Shown in pieces: positions 24,001 through 36,000 of a stretch of DNA of 64,000 nucleotides. Position numbers and translations under genes: made by a program. The first letter of the stretch is position 1. Every line of letters begins with the position of its first letter. Below the pieces are notes generated by a model that saw only the letters and a program-made list of their open reading frames with translations, did no database searches and had not been told where the DNA came from. The DNA is from Mobula hypostoma (Eukaryota), in the NCBI RefSeq assembly GCF_963921235.1, contig NC_086115.1:15748001-15812000 (forward strand), in the 5' to 3' direction.

Positions 24001-27000
24001 TTGACATAGTGGTATCAAGAAAACAACCTTTCTCTCAATGTCGCAAAAACAAAGGAGCTGGTTGTGGACTACAGGAGGAATGTAGACGGGCTCACCCCTA
24101 TTGACATCAATGGATCTGGGGTTGAGAGGGTGAACAGCTGGAATAGAACCCAGGACGTTGGCACTAGCCGCTGCACTACCACACTTCCCTGCCCTGATAT
24201 GCCTTGCCTCTGTTGATAACTGAAAATCTGAGAGTCTGTGCTGAGATATTACATAAATCACAGGTTGCTTTCAGTATATCAGGAAGGTTGGATGTCCAGT
24301 CCCTATATACTTCCATCCCCCATCAGGAAGGTCTCAAAGCCCTCCGCTTCTTTTTGGATTCCAGACCTAATCAGTTCCCCTCTACCACCACTCTGCTCCG
24401 TCTAGCGGAATTAGTCCTTACTCTTAATAATTTCTCCTTTGGCTCCTCCCACTTCCTCCAAACTAAAGGTGTAGCTATAGGCACCCGTATGGGTCCAAGC
24501 TATGCCTGCCTTTTTGTTGGCTTTGTGGAACAATCTATGTTCCGTGCCTATTCTGGTATCTGTCCCCCACTTTTCCTTCGCTACATCGACGACTGCATTG
24601 GCGCTGCTTCCTGCACGCATGCAGAACTCGTTGACAATATTTATTAACTTTGCCTCCAACTTTCACCCTGCCCTCAAGTTTACCTGGTCCATTTCCGACA
24701 CCTCCCTCCCCTTCCTAGATCTTTCTGTCGCTGTCTCTGGAGACAGCTTATCTACTGATGTCTACTATAAGCCTACTGACTCTCACAGCTATCTGGACTA
24801 TTCCTCTTCTCACCCTGTCTCTTGCAAAAACGCCATCCCCTTCTCGCAATTCCTCCGTCTCCGCCGCATCTGCTCTCAGGATGAGGCTTTTCATTCTAGG
24901 ACGAGGGAGATGTCTTCCTTTTTTAAAGAAAGGGGCTTCCCTTCCTCCACTATCAACTCTGCTCTCAAATGCATCTCCCCCATTTCACGTACATCTGCTC
25001 TCACTCCATCCTCCCGCCACCCCACTAGGAATAGGGTTCCCCTGGTCCTCACCTACCACCCCACCAGCCTCCGGGTCCAACATATTATTCTCCGTAACTT
25101 CCGCCACCTCCAACGGGATCCCACCACTAAGCACATCTTTCCCTCCCCGCCTCTCTCTGCATTCCGCAGGGATTGCTCCCTACGCAACTCCCTTGTCCAT
25201 TCGTCCCCCCCATCCCTCCCCACTGATCTCCCTCCTGGCACTTGTCCGTGTAAGCGGAACAAGTGCTACACATGCCCTTACACTTCCTCCCTTACCACCA
25301 TTCAGGGCCCCAAACAGTCCTTCCAGGTGAGGCAACACTTCACCTGTGAGTCGGCTGGGGTGATATACTGCGTCCGGTGCTCCCGATGTGGCCTTTTATA
25401 TATTGGCGAGACCCGACGCAGACTGGGAGACCGCTTTGCTGAACATCTACGCTCTGCCCGCCAGAGAAAGCAGGATCTCCCAGTGGCCACACATTTTAAT
25501 TCCACATCCCATTCCCATTCTGACATGTCTATCCACGGCCTCCTCTACTGTAAAGATGAAGCCACACTCAGGTTGGAGGAACAACACCTTATATTCCGTC
25601 TGGGTAGCCTCCAACCTGATGGCATGAACATAGACTTCTCTAACTTCCGCTAATGCCCCACCTCCCCCTCGTACCCCATCTGTTACTTATTTTTATGCAC
25701 ACATTCTTTCTCTCACTCTCCTTTTTCTCCCTCTGTCCCTCTGAATATACCCCTTGCCCATCCTCTGGGTCCCCCCCCCCCCGTCTTTCTTCCCGGACCT
25801 CCTGTCCCATGACCCTCTCGTATCCCTTTTGCCTATCACCTGTCCAGCTCTTGGCTCCATCCCTCCCCCTCCTGTCTTCTCCTATCATTTTGGATCTCCC
25901 CCTCCCCCTCCCACTTTCAAATCCCTTACTCACTCTTCCTTCAGTTAGTCCTGACGAAGGGTCTCGGCCTGAAACATCGACTGTACCTCTTCCTACAGAT
26001 GCTGCCTGGCCTGCTGCGTTCACCAGCAACTTTGATGTGTGTTGCTTGCTTTCGGTATATTTCACTGTACCGTGGAACTGCCTCTCCATTGAGAAGGCCT
26101 GGCCACGAGACAGCGACAGTAAACACACTTACTGAACGTGGAACACCGAAACCCGGTACCCACCTGCTGGTACCACACCTGGGCTGTCTTCACACCGGCC
26201 CCCCAGATGTTGGCAAAAACCTCCAGCACAGACACGCTGTCGCTGATGTAGTCCAGCTTGCGCAGGTGCCCAGTTTCCACGATCTCCCAAATCTTCTCGG
26301 CCATACGCTTGCCGATTCCCGGGATCTGACAGGCTTCCTACGGAAAGTGAGGAGAAGGCTGGCTCAAGACCACACAAGTGGCAGATTTTTACATGAGATT
26401 TAGAAAAACACAAGAAGCAGATCATAAATAGATCACTGCTCCTTCACTATCACTGGGTCTAAAGCCTGGAACTGTGCTTAGACCCAGTGAACAGAGTGAG
26501 GGTCTGTGTTCAGTCCCTCTACAGCACTGTAGGGACACCCTCATCACTAGGACTGAAGTAGTTAGCCCTCACCAGGGGCTGATAGGAGCGGGCAATGAAT
26601 GCTGGCCTGGACGTGATCTCCTGTGGCTCTACAAGCAGTTAATACAAGGAAAAACACTAATTCCCACTGCAGGAGCAGGAGAAGGAGAGACCTTGATGTC
26701 AGGTCAACAGAAGAATTGTCATAGAAAACAACAGCACAGAAACAGGCCTTTTGGCCCATCTAGTCCATGCTGAACCATTTAAACTGCCTTGTCCCATTGA
26801 CCTGCACCCAGTCCGTAGCCTTCCATACTCCTACCATCCATGTACCTGTCCAAACCTCTCTTAAATGTTGAAATCAAGCTTGCATGCATCACTTGTGTTG
26901 GCAGCTTGTTTCACACTTTCACAACCCTCTGAGTAAAGAAGTCTCCCTTAAGTGTTTCACCTTTCATCCTTTACCCCCATGACCTCTAGTTGTAGTCTCA

Positions 27001-30000
27001 CCCAGCCTCAGTAGAAAAAGCCTGCTTGCATTTACCCTATCTATACCCCTCATAATTTTGTATACCTCTATCATATCTTCTCTCAATCCCCTATACTCGA
27101 GGGAATAAAGTTCTAACTATTCAATCTTTCCCTATAACTCAAGTCCTCAAGTCCTGGCAACATCCTTGTAAATTTTATCTGCACTCTTTCAATCTTATGT
27201 CTTTCCTGTAGGTTGGTGACCAAAACAGCACACAATACTCCAAATTAGGTGTCACCAACATTTTACACAACTTCAACATAACATCCCATCTCCTGTACTC
27301 AATAAACACACATCAAAGTTGCTGGTGAGCACAGCAGGCCAGGCAGCATCTCTAGGAAGAGGTACAGTCGACGTTTCGGGCCGAGACCCTTCATCCTGAC
27401 GAAGGGTCTCGGCCCGAAACGTCGACTGTACCTCTTCCTAGAGATGCTGCCTGGCCTGCTGCGTTTACCAGCAACTTTGATGTGTGTTGCCTGAATTTCC
27501 AGCATCTGCAGATTTCCTCGTGTTTGCGTCCTGTACTCAATACTTTGATTTATGAAGGCCAATGTACCAAAAGCTTTCTTTATGACCCTATCTACATGTA
27601 ACATCACTTTCCATGAATTATGGATCTGTATTCACAGGTCCCTCTGTTCTACTGCACTCCTCAGTGCCCTACCGTTCACTGTGCAAGACCTACCCAGGTT
27701 GGTCTTCCCAAAGTGCCACACCTCAGACGTGACTGCATTAAACTCCATCTGCCATTTTCCAGCCCATTTTCCCAGCTGGTTCAGTTTCCGCTGCAAGCTT
27801 TGATAGTCTTCCTCGCTGTCCACTACACCCACAAACTTGGTGTCATCCGCAAATTTGATGGTTCAGTTAACCACATTATCATCCAGATCATTGATATAGA
27901 TGACGAACAACAAGGACCCAGCACCGATCCCTGCAGCACTGCACTAGTCACAGGCCTCCAGTCAGAGAAGCAGCCATCTACTACCACTCTCTGGCTTCTT
28001 CTGCAAAGCCAATCTCTAATCCAATTTACCACCTCATCTTCAATGTCGAGCAACTGCACCTTCTTGATCAACCTCCCAGGTGGGACCTTGTCAAATGCTC
28101 CATGTAGACAACATCCACTGCTTTGCCTACATCAACTTTCTGGGCACCTTCTCCGAAAAACTCCATAAGATTGGTTAGACACAACCTACCACGCATAAAG
28201 CCGACTATCCCTAATGAGTCCTTGTCTATCCAAATACTCACATATCCAGTCCCTTAGAATACTTTATAATAACTTCACCACTACTGATGTATGGCTCACC
28301 AGCCTACAATTTCCTGGTTTATTCTTAGAGCTGACAGCAACACAACATTAGCTAACCTCCAGCACCTGTCGCTAAGGATGATTTAAATATCTCTGCTAGC
28401 ACCACTGCAATTTCTACACTTGCCTCTCTCAGGGTCTGAGAGAACACCTGGTCAGGTCCTGGGGATTTGTCCACCCTAATTTGCCTCAAGAGAACAAATA
28501 CATCCTCCTGTGTAATCTGTAGTCCAGGATTTCGCTGCTGCTTTGCCTCACTTCTATAGACTCTGTGCTATTTCCCGACTAAATACAGATGCAAAAAAAT
28601 TCAATTAAGATCTCCTGCACCTCGTTTGGCTCCACACATGGATTACCACCCTGATCTTCCAGAGGACCAATTTTGTCCCTTGCTATCCTTTCGCTCTTAA
28701 TATATCTGTAGAATTCCTTAGCATTCTCCTTCACCTTGTCTGCTAGAACAACCTTCTATCTTCTTTTAGCCTTCCTGATTTCTTTCTTAGATGTTCCCTT
28801 GCATTTCTTATACCTCATTTGTTCCTACCTGCCTACACCTGCTATGCGCCTCCTTTGTTTTCCTTAACCAGGGCCTCAATAGCTCTTGAAAACCAAGATT
28901 CCTTAAGCCTATTATCCTTGCCTTTCATTCTGACAGACACATACGAGCTCTGTACTCTCAAAGTCTCAATTTTGAAGGCCTCCCACTTACCAAGTACACC
29001 TTTGCCAGGAAACAACCTGTCCCAATTCACACTTGCCAGTTCCTTTCTGATACCATCAAAATGTCTCCAATTTAGAATCTTAAATCGAGGTCTAGACCTA
29101 TCCCTCTCCCTCTCCATAATTACCTTGAAATTAATGGCACTATGATCACTGGATGCAAAGTGTCACCCACCCTGTCTCATTCCCTAATAGAAGATGAAGT
29201 ATTGGACACTCTCTCATCGAAACTTCTATGTACTGATTAAGGAAATTTTCCTGAACGCAGTATGGGACTCCCAGTCAATATGTGGAAAATTAAAATCACC
29301 TACTATCACAACCTTATGTTTCTTGCAACAGTCTGCGATCTCTCTACAAACTTGCTCCTTTAAGTCCTGCGGACCTTTGAGTGTCTATAATATGGCCCCA
29401 TTAACATCGTCATAGCTTTCTTATTCCTCAGTTCCACCCGTAAAGCCTCATTAGACGAGTTCTCCAGTCTACCTTGACTGAGCATGACCATGACATTTTC
29501 CCTGACTAGTAATGCCAGCCCTCCCCCTTTACTCCCTCTCGTTGTATCACGTCTAAAACAGTGGAACCCTGGAATATTGAGCTGCCAGTCCAGCCCCTCC
29601 CGCAACCAAGCCTCACTGAACCTGAGCACATCTGCCTTTCATTTATTTTATTTATTTATTAAGATACGGCGTGGAACAGGCCCTTCCGGCTCCTCCAGCT
29701 TCCCTGGAAGACAGCCCAATAATCCAAAAATCTGTTGCCCTCCGTCCTACATCAACTCCTTTGCCACATATTAAACTGTATGATCTTCCTATTTCTGGCT
29801 TCAGTAGCATGTGGCACAGATAGTAATCCTGAGATAACAAACCAGAATGTCCTAACCTTTAACTTAGGATCTAACTCCCTGAACTCACTTCGCAGAACCT
29901 TGTCCCTCTTCCTACCTATGTCATTGGTATCTAAATGGACTATGACCTCTGCTGCTCACCCCCCTCCCATTTAAGCCAAGATTAAAGGACCCTGGCATTC

Positions 30001-33000
30001 AGGAGGTAATATACTATTGAAAAAAAAACCTACTACATACAATGATGATTAGTGAGGCACAGAGAGATCTGTATTTACTGACAAGTACCTTTATTGTTTA
30101 AACTAATAAGTATGTGAATTCATACACTAAATACCACTCGCTAGGTATCCCTGACTCTCCTGAATAGTCAAAGAATAACAAAGGTATTACCCGGGCAAGG
30201 GAGTTTACGCTGGCCAGGCGTTCCTTGTTGTCCCGATTTACTCACCACGTGTTTCTCACAGGATTGCTTACACTTGTATTTGCGATGGTTATTCTTTGAA
30301 GTTACCGCTACCAGCACACACGAAGCATCAACTTTTATATCCATTCCTTATCAATTCAAATATCGCATTCCAGTGTCATTGGCCACAGGCTATGTGTCTG
30401 TCCCTTAACACCTTGTTTTTGGCTCTGTTCTGAGCCAGCATCGATTTATTGCTCTCTTCCCATCAAGTGATAGTCGATAACTTATGGCTCTTTGCTCTCA
30501 ATCAGCAATGAGCTCCAATCACTTCAGGCAGGCATCAACCCCAACATTCACAAACCTGCGTGTTATAGCCAACCAAGGAACATCTCACAAATAACTTCTT
30601 ATTTGGAAATGATCTTCAGTCCAGCAGATTACCTGAAGAATCATCGTGTCTCCTTCAAAACATTGATCAAGCCCAATATGTCAAGCTCACAAAATGGAGA
30701 ACAGAGTGTCTTCACAAAATGGCAGCCTCCATCCCCAAGCATGCGGCAAGAACAAAGACAATTAGTCTGGGTGTTCCCACTGTCCTTGATTCATTTGAAT
30801 TCACTGAGTTGTAGATTGTCATTCTTTCTGGCCAACAATACCATCCAGGAATCTTGTTCTCAACCACAGAATCTCCTTTCTGTTCCTCTAACTAATGAAT
30901 TCCCTATCACCACAGCATGCCTCTTCCCTCCTCTTCCCTCTGAGCCAGAGACCTGACTGCTGTGACATTCTTCTCCCAGGTCAACCCCCCAACAGTATGC
31001 AAAGGATTGAGGAGGATGGCCACAGGGGGTAGTCTGCACTGGCTGTTTAACCCTTTTCACCCGTCCTGACTGTCATCCAGTTTCCTGTGCGCTACACCTT
31101 AGATGTAACTACCTCTTTATATGTCCTGTCTATCACCCCTTCAGCCTCCCAATTGATCCGGAGTTCATCCATTTCCAGCTCCAACTCCTTAATGCAGAGT
31201 ATTAGAAGCTGCAGCTGGATGCACTTTTTGCAGGTGACGTTGCCAAGGACACCGGAGGTCCCCCTGTCTTCCCACAACAGACAAGAGAGTATTCAACTAT
31301 CTTGCTTGGCGTCCAACTGCTCTAACTGTGCAACTATTAAGAAGGAAACAATAAATAAACTGGAAAAAAACATACCTACAGTTTTTCAGCTCTCTCACTC
31401 AAACCTCTCCACACTAGGCTCAAAGAGCTAAAGCCTCAAATCCCTACTCTAGCAATGGCTGCTCCACCTGCCCCTGCCTTATTCTTATTGCCCTTGCTAA
31501 TGAATTCCAGTCTCAGACTGGCTGCCGAAACTCCCGCAAAGCACTGCTTTTTCATGCACACTCACCAACCTCTGAACTACGCTGTGCGAGTTTTGTATCT
31601 CCATCCACTTGAGCATTAGGTTAAGCTTACAGTCGAGTTTTATTGTCCTGTGCACATGTTCACGTATACACAGGTGCAATGAAAACTTACAGCAGTAAAA
31701 GAGGCACATGGGATCAGATAAGCAACATTTACAAGAAAAACATAAATTATACAGTTTTTACAAGAAAACACAATTAGAACAAAAAAAATCACAAACAAGA
31801 ACAAATCTGCAGATGCAGGAAATCCAAGCAACACACACAAAATGCTGGGGGAACTCAGCAGGCCAGGCAGCATCTATGGAAAAGAGTAAACAGCCGACGT
31901 TTCAGGCCAAACAATTCCAACATTTTGTGCGTGTTGCCTTAGAACAAAAAATATTCATTTTAGTGGAAGGTGGTGAAAGTATCATAAACACAAGAGATCC
32001 TGCAGATGCTGGAAATCCAGAGCAACATGCACAAAATGGGAAAACTCGGCAGGTCAGGCAGCATCCATGGAAGGAAATGAACAGTTGACTTTTCTGGCCA
32101 AGACCTTCCTTCAGGACTGGAAAAGAATGGGGGAAGAAGGCAGAATAAAAAGGTGGGGGGAGCGGAGGGAGGATAGTTAGAAGGTGATGTGAAGCCAGGT
32201 ACATGGGGAGGCAAAAGGCTAGAGAGGAAAGAATCTGATAGAAGAGGAGAGTGGGCCACTGGAGAAAGGGGAGGGGGGGACCCAGGGAGATGTGATAGGC
32301 GGGTGAGGAGAGGTAAGAGGTAAGAGGCCGAAGTGCGGAATAGGAGAAGAGGGGAAGGGGAAAGAAAGCTATTTTACTGGACGGAGAAATCGATATTCAT
32401 GCCATCAGAATCTTATTTTGGTGTGATTGGCAAGAAAAACCACTGGACTCTGTAATGGGGTGACAGATCCCGTGAATGAATAGATAAAAACAAACTGAAG
32501 GAAGAGGCTAGTGGCTTAAGTTAGAATTGAGGCAGAATCTTTCTTTAGAGCATCTGCCCTTTCCTCGGTTAACCCTTTCAGCTGCCCCACCTTTACCACA
32601 AACTCATCCTTTCATTCTCTCCAACAACTGAAATGTTGACTGTACCTCTTCCTACAAATGCTGCCTGGCCTGCTGCGTTCACCAGCAACTTTTATGTATG
32701 TTGCTTGAAATTCCAGCATCTGCAGATTTCCTCGTGCTTTCATTCTCTCTTCTCTTTTTTCCCTTAAATCGTTGGCCTAAAATGTTACTTGTTTTTCTCT
32801 CCCCTTAGGAGCTGCCTGAACTGCCCATGTTTGCCTGTGCTTTTGGTTTTTCTCTCAGGTTTCCAGCATCTGCAGAACATTTTCCTCTTTTCAGGTTCCA
32901 TCATTTCCCGCCAGGTCTGGTCAGAACATTATCCCCAAACAGAAGTTCCCTTGTACCAACGAAGATGCCCACCATCTGGGCCATGCTATCTTCAAAGTTC

Positions 33001-36000
33001 AAAATTTAAAGTAATTTTATTATCAAAGTACATATATACAACCCTGAGATTAATTTTCTCATGGGCATTCACAGTAATTACAAAGAAACGCAATAGAATT
33101 AGTGACAGACCACACCCAAGAGGACGGACAACAACCAATGTGCAAAAAATAAAAACAAATTGTGCAAATACAAAATAAAAAGAAAAAGGAAGCAAAATAA
33201 TAAAAAATAAATAAACGATAAATATTGAGAACATGAGATGAAGAATCCTTGAAAGTGAGTCCTAAGGTTGAGGGTGCAGTTCAGTGGTGGGGTAACTGAA
33301 GTTGAGTGAAGTTATCCCCTTTGGTTCAGGAGCCTGATGGCTGAGAGGTAATAACTGTTCCTGAACCTGGTGATGTTGGTCCTGAGGCTCCTGTACCTTC
33401 TTCCTGATGGCAGTAGTGAGAAGAGAACATGGCCTGGATGGTGGGGGTCCTTGATGGTGGCTACTGCTTTCCTGTGACAACGCTCCGTGTAAGTGTGCTT
33501 AATGGTGGGGAGGGCTTTATCTGTGTTAGAGGATTTTCTGAACAAGGACGTTGATGTTTCCACGCCAGGCCATGATGCCACCAGTCAATATACTCTCCAC
33601 CACACCCCTATAGAAGTTTGTCAAAGTTTTAGATGACCTATCAAATCTTTGCAAACTTCTCAGAAAGTAGAGGTGCTGCCATGTTTTCTTTGTAATGGCA
33701 CTTGCATGCTGGACCTAGAACAGGTCCTCTGAAATGATAACATCAAGGAATTCAAAGTTGCTGACCCTCCTCACATCTGATGCTCTGATGAGGACTATCC
33801 TTCCATTAGTGCATGGACCTCCGGTTTTCCCCTCCTGAAGTCAATAATTATCTCCTTGGTCTTGCTGACATTGAGTGAGCGGGTGGATGCGTCTTCGCTA
33901 CCCAGGTGTTCCACAAATGAGTGAAGAGCCAACGAAATGGCATCTGCAGTTGACCTGTTGTGATGGTAGGCAAATTGGAGTGGATCCAAGCTGCTTCTCA
34001 GGCAGATGTTTCATCACCAGCTTCTCAAAGCACTTCATCACGGTGGGTGTAAATGCTAGTGCATAATAGTCATTAAGATAGGTTACCACGTACTTCTTAC
34101 AGTATCAGGCAGGAGGTACAGAATCCTGAAGTCCCATACCACCAGGTTGAAGAACAACTACTTTCCTTCAACCATTCAGTTCTTGAACCAACCTGCACAA
34201 TTTTAATCACTGTGGGCGACTCTTTACACTATAATGAACTTCACTTTTTTGTTGTTCCAATGGTGTTCTTTCGTGTGTAATTTATGTTGAATTTATGCTT
34301 TCCTTGAGAATGCTGCTCATCTGATGTCATGTGCCTGCGATGCTACTGCAAATAAGTTTTTCATTGCACCTGTCCATACATATACATGTGCAGATGGTAA
34401 CAGACACCACCATACACGTTATAAACCTGTCACACAGACAGCAGTACAGTTAGTGTAACACTTTACACTGCCAGCGATCACCAATTGGGTTTCAATTACC
34501 ACCGCTATCTGCAATGAATTTGTATGTTCAATTACCACCGCTCTCTGCGATGAGTTTGTATGATCTCCCCGTGACCGTGTGGGTTTCCTCCGGGTGCTCC
34601 GGTTTCCTCCCACATTCCTAAGACGTACAGCATAGGGTTAGTAAGTTGTGGGCACGCTGTGTTGGACCGGAAACATGGCGACACTTGCAGGCGGCCCCCA
34701 GCACATCCTCTGGTTGTGTTGTTGCAAATGACACATTTCACATGTGACAAATGAAGTCAATCGTTAAATAAACTCTTCTCGGGCTTATAGTCGGGTACAG
34801 GTATCCATTATAACAGATTAAAATGATACCTGTATCTGGCTGGAAGCCTGTGAAGAGTTTATTCATCATATACGCCGGGAAAGCACTAGATCCTTTTTCC
34901 AATCATTAAATCTTTAAAAACTTGACTATGTTTTGTGGAAGAGGTGATAATGTCTTACCTCATAGGAGGAGATTGATTTATGATAACTCTTCAGAGCGTT
35001 GATGGCCTTGCCATATCCCAGCACTCTCCATCTGTCACCCTGATGTGTATATGCTGTCTCCAGTACCTTCAACTTGTCCGTGATGGCCTTGTTGTGGTTC
35101 ACCTTCTTGCTTTCCGATGACTGAGAACACACCCATTTCCTGCTAACACCCTTTTCTGGGAGTTCAGGGCTGGCAGCTGGACGCCTGTCCCCAGAGATCA
35201 GAGCCTGCAGGTCAAGCTGGGAGACACTGTCATCCTCAGAATCACTGTTGCTGTCAGCGTTGGAGAACTGAGGAGACATTACAGAGGGGTTCAACGTATT
35301 AGAACACAGAACAGTACAGCACAGCATAAACACAAGAGATTCTGCAGATGCTGGAGATAGAAGATCATAAAATGTAGGAGCAGAATTAGGGCACTCAGCT
35401 CATTGAGTCTGCTCTGCCGTTCCATCATGGCTGAAGAAATTTCTCCTCATCGGTATTCTGAATGAAGTCCCTCTATTCTGAGGCTTTGCTCTCTGGTCCT
35501 AGGCTCCACCACTATGGGAAACATCCTCTCCACATCCACACTATCTACACCTCTCAATATTCGATACGTTTCAATGAGATCCCTCCTCATTCTTCTAAAC
35601 TCCAGCAAGTACAAACCCAGAGCTATCAAAGGCTCCTCATACACTCCTCTAGTGATTTAAAGATCATTACTAATGCCTCCACAATGTCAGCCACCTCTTT
35701 CAGAACCCTTGCTGTTGTCCAGCTGACTTATCTACTTTCAGACCTTTCAGCTTCCCAAGCACCTTCTCCTTAATAGTAGCAACTGCACTCACTTCTGCCT
35801 CCTGACATTCTTGAATTTCTGGCATACTGTTCACGTCTTCCACAGTGAAGACTGACGTAAAATACTTAAGTTTGTCCATCATTTTATCGTTCTCCATTAC
35901 TACCCATCCAGAGTCATTTTCCAGCAGTCTGATTTTCACTCTTGCCTCTCTTTTACTCTTTACATATCTGAAAAAGCTTTTATTATCTAGTTTTATTTTA

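Larger units (their letters stand above)
22262..24120 (+). mobile_element. Rex1/Babar-like LINE RT fragment split by the L1 insertion (related fragments near 12500-13430, 33000-34080, 40400-42650, 55330-55820, 60190-60700)
   Basis: [33 protein letters not shown]; elsewhere DPLQFAY...STADAI. Confidence 0.7.
26720..31500 (-). mobile_element. Near-full-length decayed CR1 LINE (ORF1 zinc finger/esterase remnants, ORF2 EN and RT remnants) with nested insertions
   Basis: [11 protein letters not shown]...[21 protein letters not shown] (ORF1); SEAWL...[10 protein letters not shown] (EN); VLQGSVLGP (RT); boundaries approximate. Confidence 0.8.

Noticed and set aside
25653-26135. 160-aa and overlapping ORFs in PLE pseudo-LTRs (also 5175-5432, 49137-50133)
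   Set aside because: Low-complexity purine/pyrimidine-biased UTR of the repeat; frames differ between copies.
30492-30956. 154-aa ORF
   Set aside because: Straddles the solo LTR/CR1 junction; no domain similarity.
34491-34562. 36-bp tandem duplication (also 17-bp at about 38866-38899)
   Set aside because: Local slippage inside decayed repeats; no sign of function.
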